NCBI GenBank assembly: GCA_013239625.1
Contig: MU054212.1
Span: forward strand, 4,498,270-4,562,269
Direction: 5' to 3'
Length of the DNA stretch: 64,000 nt
DNA from: Lama guanicoe
Lineage: Eukaryota
Program-made: the position numbers and the translations under genes
The notes under the pieces: model-generated
Told to the model about the DNA's origin: nothing
What the model saw: the letters and a program-made list of their open reading frames with translations, nothing else
The model's database searches: none
Part shown: positions 51,950 to 64,000 of the stretch, piece after piece
Numbering within the stretch: position 1 is the first letter of the stretch
Layout: each line of letters opens with the position of its first letter

Positions 51950-52630
51950 GAGAAGTGGCCAAGATGGAAGAGGAGAAAGACACTGAGCTCATCTCCTCCC
52001 ACGGGCACACTATCAATGGGAATGAGCTGAAGTCTAGCAGAAAGGATTTTCCACAATTAAAAACACAAAGAAGGAACCACAATGAGATGGTAGGAGGGGT
52101 GGAGACGTCGTATAGTCAAACCCCACAACCCCAGGCAAGGAGAAACCACAAATGAGAAGACAATGATAATTGCAGAGTCTCTCCACAAGGAGTGAGGAGT
52201 CCAAACCCCAAAGCAGGCTCCCCAGCCCAGGGGCCTACACTGGGAAGATGAGGCACCAGAACTTTGAAGGGCTTGCTTACGGGAGAACTGGAGGGTTGTA
52301 GGAAACAGAGATTTTGCTCTTACAGTGCACATGCAAAATCTCACACACTCTGAGATCAAGTGCCGAGGCAGTAATTTGAAAAGAGCCCAGGTGAGACTCT
52401 ATTTGGAGCATCTCCTGGAGAGGTAGGGGGCAACTGGAACTGTCCCTGGGGACATAGATGCTGGTAGCAATCATTTTGGGGAGCTTTTCCTACCAGGAGG
52501 GCACTAGTGCTAGCAAGCTCCATTTTGGACTCTTCCTTCTAGCCTAATAGCACTGGGGCTTGCCTGCCTGACAGCTGGTTTGCACCAGTCCCAGGACACA
52601 CCAGGCCAAATAGCCAGCCACACAGGGACC
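51950..52630 (+). mobile_element. Isolated 5' UTR of a younger laurasiatherian/cetartiodactyl L1
   Basis: caagatggaagaggagaaagacactgagctcatctcctcccacgggcacac...caaggagtgaggagtccaaacccca...caaaatctcacacactctgag...ccattttgga; abrupt GC-rich boundaries. Confidence 0.82.
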
Positions 52631-53261
52631 CAATTTACTAATATCATGAATGAAACAGTGGATATCACTACAGACCCCACAGACATGACAAGAATAATAA
52701 GGAAATACTGTGAATACTACACACATACATTAAACACTTAGATGAAATGCACTAATTCCTAGAAAGGCATAAACTACTAAAAGTCACTCAAGAAATAAAT
52801 AGTATAAATAAAACTGTCTAATAAAGAAATTGATATCACAGTAGAAAAATTCTTCAGAAAAACTAAATGGTTTCACTGAAGATTTTTACTATTTATTTAA
52901 AACAAAAAAAATTTCAGTGGAAAAGAACACTTCTCAACCCATTATACTGGGATGGAATTACTAGAACACCAAAATCAGATAGTGATAATACAAAAAAACT
53001 ATAGATCAATATTCCTCATGAACACAGACATTAAAATCCTCAAAGAAGGTTAGCTTATGAATTTCAACAATATATCAAAATCAAATATGTTTATCTCAGG
53101 AATTAAAAGCTGGTTTAATAACCAAAATAAATTAATATAATTCATCAAATTGAAAGTCTAGAGAACAACAAAAACTGATCATACTAATAATCAAAAAACC
53201 TTTAATAAAGTTTAAAATCTATTTATGATTTAAAAAAAACCTGTTTATTCTAGGAATATAA

Positions 53262-53816
53262 TGTTTGTAGGATACAGTGGTTTTGCAGTTGGACTGAATC
53301 AGCTCTATGTTTATCTCCAGGCATGCCTGGATATCTGACTTTGATTCTTGGCTAAGATAAAGTTCATGGGTCCACTAACCAATTACCTAGTGATTTATGA
53401 GGTGATGTTTAAAGTCTGAAACTCCCTTGGTGTCACCCAGAGATGATATGTTTGTTCATGGCTTTAAGCTCGCGTAATCCTTTACATAACCTGATTTGGC
53501 TACATGACCAGTAGAGCATTGGAGACCCTGTGGGAGACCTCTGCTTGAGCTCCCCTGAGGCCAAGATTCATTGCACAAATTTTGGTTGTTTAATCTGGAG
53601 ACAAAGTGCATCTTGTGGACACTGAGGAACTGAATTTGAGGTCTCCCTAACCCCAATGCTTGCCTGCACTCTCTTGCTTTCGTTGTATTCCATAGTTTGC
53701 TTTTATCAAAAGCCTTACCTGAGTATAGATGAAATACAGTCTAGGTATAGTATAGATATAGTATAGTATAATATTTATACTAATAATAGTATGTATAAAA
53801 CACCAAAAAGTAACTT
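53262..53816 (+). mobile_element. Old LTR (probably ERVL class; family not determined) inserted in L1 ORF2
   Basis: Interrupts the L1 motif ctaggaata|...|tagatgaaaacttc...cctgataa; LTR-like body (tttgcagttggactgaa...gatatctgactttgattcttggct...ttgcttttatcaaaagccttacctgagta). Confidence 0.65.
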
Positions 53817-55855
53817 GTATAGATGAAAACTTCTTTAGCCTGATAATGGACATTCACAAAAATCTATAACTAACATCATGCTTAACAGTGACAGACTAGA
53901 TTCCATTAAGATTGAGAACAGGACAAAAATGTGCTCCTATTAATCCCATCCAACATTCCACTGGAAGTCTTAACCAGTGCAATTAGGCAAGGAAAAAATG
54001 AATGCATACAGAAAGTAAGAATAAAACTATCTTTTTTGGCTCTCAACATAATTGACTTACATAGAAAATTTCAAAGTACAAGAAAGCCCCAAGAAATAAT
54101 TAATGAGTTTAGCAAGGTCATAGAACATAAGGTCATAGGGTACAAAGTCAATGCACCAAAGTAAATTTTGGAAGATGGTATTTTGGCTAGATACTGTATG
54201 GACAAAGACATACGTACTGTAACACATCAATATTTTACTCCCTAGTTAACAAATTTGTTTTAGCAATTTCAAAATTATTTTATATTTAGATAGGGATTAA
54301 AAAAATAAGTAAATGTACTATTGATATTGAAAGGCAAGTTTGTCACTGCCAGAGAAAGAAGTTCCAAACAAGGGAATCTTGAAGACCGCCCGTGGTGTTC
54401 ATTGGAGGTTCAAATGGAGGTCTTAGCACTAATTCATTTTGAAATACATAATACGTACACATTCAGAATACATACAGACACAGAAGTAAATCCCAGCCCT
54501 GTATGGTGAGAAAGCCAATTAGCAATGACATCTCAGTAGCAAGGAAATAATGCCCAGGTCTGGTTTTTAAATATCACTTTCTGACAGAAGAAATGAGGGC
54601 TCCTTAGAGAAGTCTTCATTTCCAGGGATGGGATAGGAAAAAACAATAGAGGAGCCTGGGGTTTCCTGTATTCCAAGAAAGTAAGAGAAAACTCTTAAGA
54701 TGATGAGAACATATTGAACAGGTATAGGAACCAACCTAGAAGGCACTGTCAATGGCCAAGGCTCTGATCATTTTAGCACCAAACAATAATATTATTGGAT
54801 TATAACTACAGAAAAAAATGAATACCTATGAGTCAATAGTAATATGAATAAGTAATTTACTTAACTAAGTGGGAGAAGGAACAGCTTTTTCTTCCAGAAT
54901 TCCCATTAATAAATGTAAAGGGAGTGAGAGAAATAGAAAATAACCGTTATAGAATCAGACGAATAATTGTTGCAGGCATGATATATTGATGGTTGCTAAA
55001 TTTTATGGATGAAAATTTAATTAGAAACAGTATATTTACATAGTCTTAAAGGATCTTCCTCCAAATAATTATTCATTGCACAGGTGAAAGTGCTAACTTT
55101 ATAGTAGAATAACCTGGAAAACACGTTCTTAACCATTTGATCAAGGTTAACCTCACCATTGAGAAGACATAGTGACATATCTAGCCCTGATGTGATAAAG
55201 TGAGAAGGAGATCTCACTTCCTTGGTATTCTTGTCTGTGTACAACTGGAACTGAATCATAAAGTGATAGCAAACAAACCTTAGTTGAGGGGCATTCTACA
55301 AAAATATTGATTAATAATTTTCCAAAGGGTCAAGGTCATGAGAGTCCAGGGAAGACAGAGGAACTGTCACAGATTGGAAGAAACTAAGGAGACATGAAAC
55401 CAAATGCAATGCAAACTAAATGGATAGGGAGCTGGAAAAACAAACCAAAAGACGTTAGTGAAAAAACTGATGAAATAAAGATAAAGTCTGTAGTTTAGTT
55501 AATAGTATTGTACCAATGTCGTTTCCTTAGTTTGACACTCAGGCTAAGTAATGGAAGCTATGTGAAGTATACATAACCATTCTCTATAATAGTTTTCACC
55601 TTTTCTTTAAGTTTAATATTATTTCAAAATAAAACGGTAAAGAAGTCTAACAACCCTGAAAGCAGATATTGTATACTAAGGTAGACATTATTATCCTACA
55701 AATAAAAGCATGAAACTAAACATAACCAAAAAGAATTGTATGAAAAGCGACAGACTGAGAAAGTTGACTTTGCTTGTACAGGTTCTTAAAGGTGTGAGTA
55801 TGTGTGTATACATGAGTGTGCTTGGAAGTCTAATTTGTATATGCACGTTTCCGTG

Positions 55856-56176
55856 TGTGTTGGTTCTTTTGCAGTTGCGAGTGACTCAGCTCAAGACTGA
55901 AGCAAATAGGAAGCCTATTTACAACAGGAATAAGAAATGTGACAGCACCAGGATGTGCTTCTATCTCTTATTTCTGATTCATTTTGGAAAACGGTGAGAT
56001 TTTAACAAATCAGTCAACATCACATCTCTGTAAAGATGGCCTCTGATAGAACGTGACTCACACCACTTTAGAGCCGTATGATTAAAGTGGGAGAGGAACA
56101 ATTCCCCAAAAGAAAGATGTGGTTTCCAGAAGAGGGGTAGCATTTGGGACAGACAAAATGGTTCATATCGTCACAC
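55856..56176 (-). mobile_element. Old MLT1 (J/K-like) MaLR LTR remnant
   Basis: ttcttttgcagttgcgagtgac...aagcaaatagga...ttccccaaaagaaagatgtggtttccagaagagggg...gggacagacaaaa. Confidence 0.6.
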
Positions 56177-56275
56177 TTGAACGAGATGTATTTTCATAAA
56201 ATACTCAAGAAAAGTAAAAATAGAGGCAATAAAAACCACAAAGCAATCTGAAATATGATTTTTGTGACAGTTTAA

Positions 56276-57197
56276 TACAATGGAGACAAGCTCTTGATTA
56301 AGCGGTGCTGGGAAAACTGGACAGCTACATGTAAAAGAATGAAATACAAAAATTCTCTAACACTTTATACAAAAAAACCTCAAAATGGATTAAACACCAT
56401 CCATGGAAGATTGGATACAATAAAACTAGAGGAAAACACAGGCAGAACACACTTTGACATAAATCACAGCAATAATTTTTTTGATACATCTCCTAGAGTA
56501 ATGGAAATAAAAACAAAAAAGAAGAAATGAGACCTAGTTAAACTTAAAAGCTTTAGCACAGTAAAGGAAATCATAAACAAAATGAAAAGACAACCCATGG
56601 AATGAGAGAAAGTATGCAAATGATGCAACCAACAAGAGATTAACTTAAAAAATATACAAACAGCTCATACAGCTCAATATAAAAAAATTTAAAAACAGGC
56701 AGAAAATCTAAATGACATTTCTCCAAAGGATATATACAAATGGCCAACAGGCACATGAAAAGATGCTCAATATCACTAATTATTAAAGAAATGCAAATCA
56801 AAACTACAGTGAGGTATCACCTCACACCAGTCAGAATGACCGTCATTAAAATGTCTACAAATAATAAATGCTGGAGAGGGTGTGGAGACAAAGGAACCCT
56901 CCTACACTGTTGGTGAGAATGTAAATTAGTGCATCCACTATGCAGAACAGTATGGAGCGTCCTTGAAAAACTAAAAATAGACTTACCATATGATCCTGCA
57001 ATCCCATTCCTGGACATATATCAGGAGGAAACTCTAATTCAAAAAGATACATGCACCCTAATGTTCATAACAGCACTATTTACAATAGCCAAGACATGGA
57101 AACAACCTAAATGTCCACTAACAGATGAATGGATAAAGATGATGTAGCATATATATATATAGTATATATATAGTATACTATGTATATGTATATGTAG

Positions 57198-57232
<35 letters not shown>

Positions 57233-57659
57233 ATATGTGGCAGATGTGTGTATATATATATATATAAACACAAAATGAAATGTTACTCAGCAATAAAAAA
57301 GAATGAAATAATGCCTTTTTCAGGAACATGGATGGACCTAGAGATGATCATATTAAGTGAAGTAAGTCAGATAAAGACAAATATCATATGATATCACATA
57401 TTATGCTGAATCTAAAAAAAAATATACAAATGAACTATTTGCAAAACAGAAATAGACTCACAGACATAGAAGGTGATAGTGGAAGAAGGAGATAAATTAG
57501 GAGTTTGGGATTAACATACACACACTACTATATATAAAATAGATGAACAACAAGGGCCTACTGTATAGCACAGGGAACTATATTCAGTATCTTGTAATAA
57601 TACATAATGTAAAAGAATCTGAAAAAGGATATATATAGATGTGTGTGTATATGTATGTA

Positions 57660-57691
<32 letters not shown>

Positions 57692-57765
57692 AAACTAAAT
57701 CACTTTGCTGTATACCTGAAACTAACATAACATTGTAAATTAGCCATGCTTCAATATAAAAAAAG
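56276..57765 (+). mobile_element. 5'-truncated cetartiodactyl L1 (ORF2 C-terminus plus 3' UTR), frameshifted
   Basis: ORF track shows ORF2 peptides CWENWTATCKRMK and [14 protein letters not shown]...ALFTIAKTWKQPKCPLTDEWIK; 3' UTR with (TA)n/(TG)n expansions at 57148-57267 and 57628-57690. Confidence 0.95.
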
Positions 57766-57954
57766 ATTGCATAAAAAACAATGATAAAATTTAATGTCAC
57801 ACCAAGTACTATCTGAAAGGGATATTCTTTTAAAAAAAAGTTAAATATTGCTTCAAAATGTTCATGGAATAATTTAAATTGTAATGTTGATTTTAGTGAC
57901 TAGTTCTATATGAAAACAGATTTTTTTGTTCAACTGCAAAAATGAAAGCATCCT

Positions 57955-59775
57955 GGATGCAAGGTTAATATATCAAAGTGAATTGCTTTCTTATATTTCC
58001 ACAATGAACAAATAGAATCTGAAACTAAAAATATAACACTTAGCACTCCCGAAAATATACTACTTAGGTATACATCTAACAAAATATGTAAAGACATATG
58101 AAGAAAATTACAAAACTCTGATGAATAAAATGAAAGAACTAATTAAACGGAGGGACATTCCATGTTCGTGGATAGGAAGACTCAATATTGTCAAGATGTC
58201 AGTTCTTTACAATCCCAACCAAAATCCCACAAGTTGTTTTATGGCTATTGACAAATTGGGTCTAAAATTTATATGGAGAGGCAAAAGACCCAGAGTAAAC
58301 ACAGTATTGAAAGAGAAGAACAAAGTTGACATGCAAAAAAAAAAAAAAAAAGAATAAAGAAAGAAAGAAAGAAAAAGAAAAGTAAAGAAAAAAAATCCAG
58401 ACACAAATCTTATACCCTTTACAAAAAAAAGCTAACTCAAAATGGATCACAGACCTCAAAGTAACATGCAAAACTATTAAACTCTGAAAAGATAACATAG
58501 GAGAAAACTCTGGGTATGGGGATGATATCTGAGATACAACACTGAAACATGATACATGAAAGAAATGATGGATTAGCTAGAATTCATTAAAATTAAAAAC
58601 TTATGCTCTGTGGAAGACATTGCCAAGAGAATGAGAATACAAACCACAGACTAGCAGAAAATATTTGCAAAAGACACATCTGATAAAGGATTGGTATTTA
58701 AAATAGATAAACTCTTAAAACTCAACAGAAAAAAACAATCCCAATCAATCAATGGGAGAAAGACCTTAAGAGGCTTCTTGCCAAAGAAGTTGTACAGATT
58801 GCAAATAAGCAGATGAAAAGATGTCATCAGGAAACGTGCAATAAAACGAGATGCCACTACACACCTATCATAGGGCTCAAAGTGTAAAACAATGACATCA
58901 AATGCTAGTTATTATGTTGAACAACAGGAACTTTTACTTGCTGCTGGTGGGGATGTGAAATGCACTTTGGAGGACAGTTTGGCAGTTTCTTACAAAACTA
59001 AACACACTCTAATCATGCAATCCAGAAAACACACCCGTTGGTATTCACACAAATAAGCTGAAAACTTACATTCACACAAAAACCTGCTGACGAATGTTTA
59101 TTACAGATGTTTTATTCATAACTGCCAAAACTTGGAAACAACCAAGATGTCCTTCAATAGGCGAATAGATAAATGCACTGTGATACATCCTGCCAGTGGA
59201 ATATTATTCAGCACTAAAAAGAAGTAAGTTATTAAGCCATAAAAAAACACAGAGGAATCTTTTTTTTTAACATTTTTTTATTTACTTATAATCATTTTCA
59301 GAGGAATCTTAAATGCGTATTATTAACTGAAAGAAGCCGATCTGAAAAGGCTCCACAACGTATGATTTCAACTATGACATCCTGGAAAAGGAAACTATGG
59401 AAACCATAAAAAGGTAAGTGTTCTGGGAAAGGAGGCATAGGCAGAGCACAGAGGACTTAAAGGGAAGTGGAAATATTTTGTGATATGGATATATGTCATT
59501 ATACATTTATTTAAACTCATAGAATATACAAAACCAGGAGTGAGCCCTAAAGCAAACTATGGAATTAGGATGATAATGGTGGGTCCATGTAGCTTCATCC
59601 ACTGTAACAAATGTGACTCTCTGTTGGGTGAAGTTGATAATGAGGGTGGTGGGGATGGAAGGGGTGGCTATGCATGTGTGGAGGAGCAGGGTGTAAATGG
59701 GAAATCTCTGCTCCTTCTCAATTTTGCAGTGAACCTAAAAACTGCCTAAGAAAACAAAGTCTTAAAAAATTAAAG
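57955..59775 (+). mobile_element. L1MC1/2-like element (ORF2 remnant plus 3' UTR), internally deleted
   Basis: ORF2 peptide DIPCSWIGRLNIVKMSVL; 3' end tgtcattatacattt...ggaaatctctg...caattttgcagtgaacctaaaaactgc. Confidence 0.9.
59262..59298 (-). mobile_element. 37-bp L1 3' tip insertion with perfect 12-bp TSD
   Basis: cagaggaatctt at 59250-59261 and 59299-59310; insert reverse complement aaaatgattataagtaaataaaaaaatgttaaaaaaa. Confidence 0.8.
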
Positions 59776-60794
59776 CAACATCAAAAATACCTACCATTTG
59801 CTGAAGCAAAATGCAAGTATAATATTTTTCCTTATTTTGAAGCGGCAATTCATCATTGTAGTTATTTATCAAGAATGTAATTTTTTTTCTATTTTCTTCT
59901 TTTATTTCCTGGCTATATGTGGATAAGGATATGATGCTATTCTTATATCAGAAATTATTAACTTCTCCCCGAATGTTTTTCACTTTCAGAAACGTTGGGT
60001 TTCTGTTTTGAACTTGTTTTCTAAATTTGTTAAGACTTGTCCTGATACTCTGTGTTGTTCTGATGTGAATAAAATAAAACAAAGCCATCACAACAAGGAA
60101 AAAAATTAAAAGGAAAAGAAACAATTTTCCGAATTTAATTTGTGCCTCTACCAATCAAGAGCAGTGCGATACTGAACACATTGACACTTGACCCTCAATT
60201 TTCTCATATTTTAACTGGTAATAAGAAGACCTGCTCTACTAATTTGTTTTGATTCATGTTGGTATCAATATAACATCAAAAGGGCAAACAGATATAAGGA
60301 GAAAAAAATACATATTAATACCCTGTACAAGGCAGCAAGCAAATTCCTTTTAACCTCTCAAGCTGCAGCAGGAGGCAGTTGGCGTGAAAGAGAAGAAGTA
60401 TTTCTGGGAAAAAAAAGGATTTCTGAATAGAACAGGAGTATCTTCCATGTGACATTTATCCTAGCAGAACGTCTCCACTCCCACCTCCCAAGGAAAGACA
60501 GAGCTTGTATGTTTCTGTCAGCATCCATCAGGGCAGCCGCAGAAAGTAATTTACAGAAATGTTGTAGCAGCCATTTATTCATTGATTTTTTTTTAAAGCT
60601 TTAGCAGAGACCATTCAAATATTTAGGTAACTCAAATATCAGCTGTAGCCTAGCTTTCAGGGACCAACTCTGTTTAACTTTGTGCCAACTTGTATGGAGA
60701 CCTGTCTCTTCTGCTTTTTCAGTGTGTCATGTATTTGTGGCAGAGAGAATCTATCAAGTGTGCACTGTTGTTAAAACAGTTGTTCTTATATTAT

Positions 60795-61000
60795 CATCAT
60801 TATTATTTGATTTCAGTATGCATGCCCTTTTCTAAGAATTTTACATGTATCATCTCTTTCCTCATTCTACTTCATTTTATAGATGAAGACACGAGGCACA
60901 GAGTAATTAAGTAATTTGTTCAAGGTGGCACACCCAGTAGGTGGAGTAGGCAAGATTTGAGCCTTGTCAAAGGCTGGTCTCACAACTAATATTCAATCAC
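60795..61000 (-). mobile_element. MIR
   Basis: ttctaagaattttacatgtatcatctc...cattttatagatgaagacacgaggcacagagtaattaagtaatttgttcaaggtggcacacccagtaggtgg...gatttgagcc. Confidence 0.88.
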
Positions 61001-63589
61001 CAAAAAAGACTATTTGAACAATAAAAGTGTGACAATTGAGTAAAAAAAATACTATAAATTTGGGTTAATATAGAAAAGCTTTTTAGCATTTTTCGGGCAT
61101 TTTCTCTATAGCACCTGGATAGGATTCATATTAACATAGAAAGGAGAGTAAGGAAGGCTGCCTGGTAGGATCAGTGACACAAAGCTGGCCATTATGTTAT
61201 ATGAAGTCACCTACCTGGAGATACCACCTTAAATTTTTTAGAGGAGAGAAAGTGTTAATTCGTGGCAAAGAGGATTTTACATATTAGCAACAGGAATACT
61301 CTGAAAGTAAATTGAAACTAAATGATGATGTTAAAGGTTACTCTTCCTTTAGAGTTTTATGAAAAAGACCTGCAAATACTGATAAAATATAAATTTTGTC
61401 AAATCAGCAATCTCACAAAAGGTTCCTTACTACATTTTAATAGTTATGTATAAAAAACAAAGAACACTGCAATTATTCCAGAATAGCTTCCATTTCCTTG
61501 TCTTATGAGTGTCTTAGTTATTTTTTTTCAAGGTAGTTTCAATTTCCCTTTTTCCCCTCCCTATTAGATATTTAATCTTAAAATCCATATGCTGTCCATT
61601 TTCTCAGTAGAGTGCAATGCAAATTTATCACAATTCTCTGGTCTGATTTAGGGAAGCAAATTTAATTGTGCACTGTAAATAAAGCTACTTTGAATACGTA
61701 ATAGGAACGCTCCTTCTCTTTCCTCAATCCTCATTCTAGACATTTAAGTTATTCGCAGCTGCTATTCCCATAACACTTAAAGTGATTATATCTGCTGCCA
61801 ACATCTATAAATTATTAACATCAAAGCTGGTGGTTCCCTGGCACAGAATCTCAGCTTTCCACAGAAAGAGGAAAACTTACTGAGGTTTAAGTAGATTAAG
61901 GAAATTGAATTGGTAACATGGTCATCACTGGAAATGTAATCTTTGTTTACATTTCCTTACTGGTTTCTTGTTCACAAGGCTATTGCACAGGACAAAATTC
62001 CTGTGGAAATTCTTAAAGTTTGAGTATGAGATAACTGAGTAACACTCACTTCTACCCAATCTTTCCCCACCGTTTTAAGTAATGAGGCAGCATGGCCATC
62101 TCTCACTTAACATTTTGCAGTTATAGTTTGTTCAGCCGGGGGTTACAGACTGGATTCATAAAACAAGAATGTATTAACTTCAAAGAAAAGGATGATGAAG
62201 ATAAATTGGGAAATGTCTAAATGAAATTAAAAATTATTACTTTCTCAGAATTCAGAGAGTGGCTGGCTGTAGTATGCAATATCTAGTTAACAGCATTAGG
62301 AATTAAAGGTATGTAACTGATAAGATGGATGTTTTATTTTGGGGGATACAACTTGGGCAGTTTAAAATAAATATTGTAATGATTGATCTTCCTGAAAGTG
62401 CAAGTGCTAAGTGACGCTTGATGTATGATATCAACTTCCTGCCTCTGGCACTGATAGATGGTCCTTACATTTCTTGTAATAAAAAGACGGTCAAGCCTTC
62501 GATTACATGTATCACAGTGCTGCAAACAAAGAGTGAAAATGAGTGGGAAACTCTACTACCTCCATCTTTATATTAGCCTAGACCAAAACTATTTCGGCCA
62601 CGTGTGCTGACAATGGAAGATATCATTACAGATTAATGAGACTTGAATTACACTATCGAAGTAAAGGAACAGGGAGAGTGGATATCTTGCTCCTCTTGAT
62701 ATTGCAGACGCCTGGTTATGTCTGGGAGTATGAAGGAGCTTCTGAAACATTATTAATAGCTCTATTGACATTCTGATTAAAGGTAATTTTTCAGCAAGCT
62801 TGGGTGTCATTCAGTAGAGACTTTATTGGCTCTTTATCAGCAATTTCAAAGAAATACTTCAATTAGTAATGTAATAATATGTCTGCAGTCAGGGTGTTTA
62901 TGAAAATTATGCCTCCGCTCAGCTCTGAATTGTCTTACAGATAGGAATTTGCCTGTTTGAAACAGGGTCATTGTGACTCTTCAGGCTACAAGAGTAAAAC
63001 AATAACATTAGATGCCTAAGGAAATCAGAGTGCTTTGGCTGAATATCCTCTTGTTGGTGCCCAGAGTTACTACAAGCCAGCTCTTAATTTCCTAGACTAC
63101 ATCTAAAACAGCGTCTTCTAGTGGGCTCTGTCTTTTATTCCGTTCAAAATTAAAAAATGCATTACTCTTTGAGTTTCTGCTCTTTTTAATTTTGTAATAA
63201 TACATATTTATTTGTTCCTAGGATAAAAGTGAGTCATAGACTGATAAAGCTCATAGTTGGATATTTCACTAGAAAACCATTCAGAGTTTTGGATACAGAG
63301 CGTCAAACTGAGATCCTATGGGAAATAGAATCCCTAAGTTTATTGTTTTCTGGAAACCAATACTGTCATCTGGTAATTAATTTAAGCTGCTGCATATTAA
63401 TGTGACTTTATAATCCTCTGTGCTTCACCTTATTAATAACAACTTCCCTAATGTGAGAAGGTGTTACATGAATTTACATCCAACTTAATAAAACACTGGG
63501 ATAAAGGGCTGAATGGAGAGGGGTGGGCAGGAAGAGAAGCTTTTCCTCTCTGTAGCGTATGTGTGTGCTTTATCATATATGTGTGTTGA

Positions 63590-64000
63590 GTTTTCTTTTA
63601 AAACTTTACATCTGAATTACAACATAGATAAATAGACAGATAGTAGATATTCATTTAGTAGAGATATACATGATATATATATATATACGCACATATTTAT
63701 AAACTCAAAAATACACCATCAGAAATATGATATAAATTTCCACAAAGTAAAGACACCAATGTAAATACCACCCAGATTAAGAAGCTGAATGTCACCCAAG
63801 CCCGGGAAGCTCCCAGTATTCCCCTTTGAGTCACTCCCTCCGTAACTACTATTCTGACTTCACATGGCAGACATGAGTGGTGCCTTTTTTTGTTTTACGT
63901 TTAATATAAATGGAATCACCGTAAGTTCCTTGTCTGGCAATTTTCGTTAGACATTGTTTGTGAGAATCATGTGTATCGTTGCATATAATTGTAGCTCACT
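63590..64000 (-). mobile_element. Ancient L1M (L1ME-type) 3' UTR, runs off the window end
   Basis: aatttccacaaagtaaagacacc...accacccagattaagaag...gtaactactattctgacttt...tataaatggaatca...gtgagaatcatgtgtatcgttgcatat. Confidence 0.82.

Larger units (their letters stand above)
50111..55640 (+). mobile_element. Fragmented ancient L1 (5' UTR, ORF1, ORF2 remnants, L1MC4-like 3' UTR) interrupted by nested insertions
   Basis: 5' UTR from about 50111; ORF1 remnant about 51330-51800; ORF2 remnants 52631-53261 and 53817-54165; long 3' UTR 54170-55640 ending tattatttcaaaataaaa. Confidence 0.78.

Noticed and set aside
56294..58357. ORFs with recognisable protein motifs (CWENW, PYDPAIP, PCSWIGR)
   Set aside because: Frameshifted remnants of L1 ORF2, not host genes.

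Overview
This is AT-rich, CpG-depleted mammalian genomic DNA. It is most likely camelid (alpaca/llama/camel), judging by a tRNA-derived SINE resembling the camelid Vic-type SINE and by camelid-looking young L1 3' ends. I recognise no protein-coding exon, RNA gene or CRISPR-like array, so the window reads as intergenic DNA or part of a long intron. The identifiable content is a layered transposon record: ancient MIR, L2 and L3 fragments, hAT MITEs (MER5, MER63), MaLR/ERVL LTRs, a solo ERV1-type LTR, and an L1-dominated block at about 50-60 kb with nested insertions and internal deletions. Unique stretches between them may contain enhancers or non-coding exons. The most unusual feature is a 226-bp tandem duplication (22637-22862 and 22925-23150) separated by a 62-bp CpG-rich filler that looks like a retroviral LTR terminus. 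Other notable items are a 354-bp polypyrimidine (TTC-based) tract, a 37-bp L1 tip flanked by a perfect 12-bp TSD, an orphan L1 5' UTR, and a few splice-consensus exon candidates. I found no convincing novel multi-gene system. Repeat family names come from recall of consensus sequences, not a database search, and boundaries of old elements are approximate.
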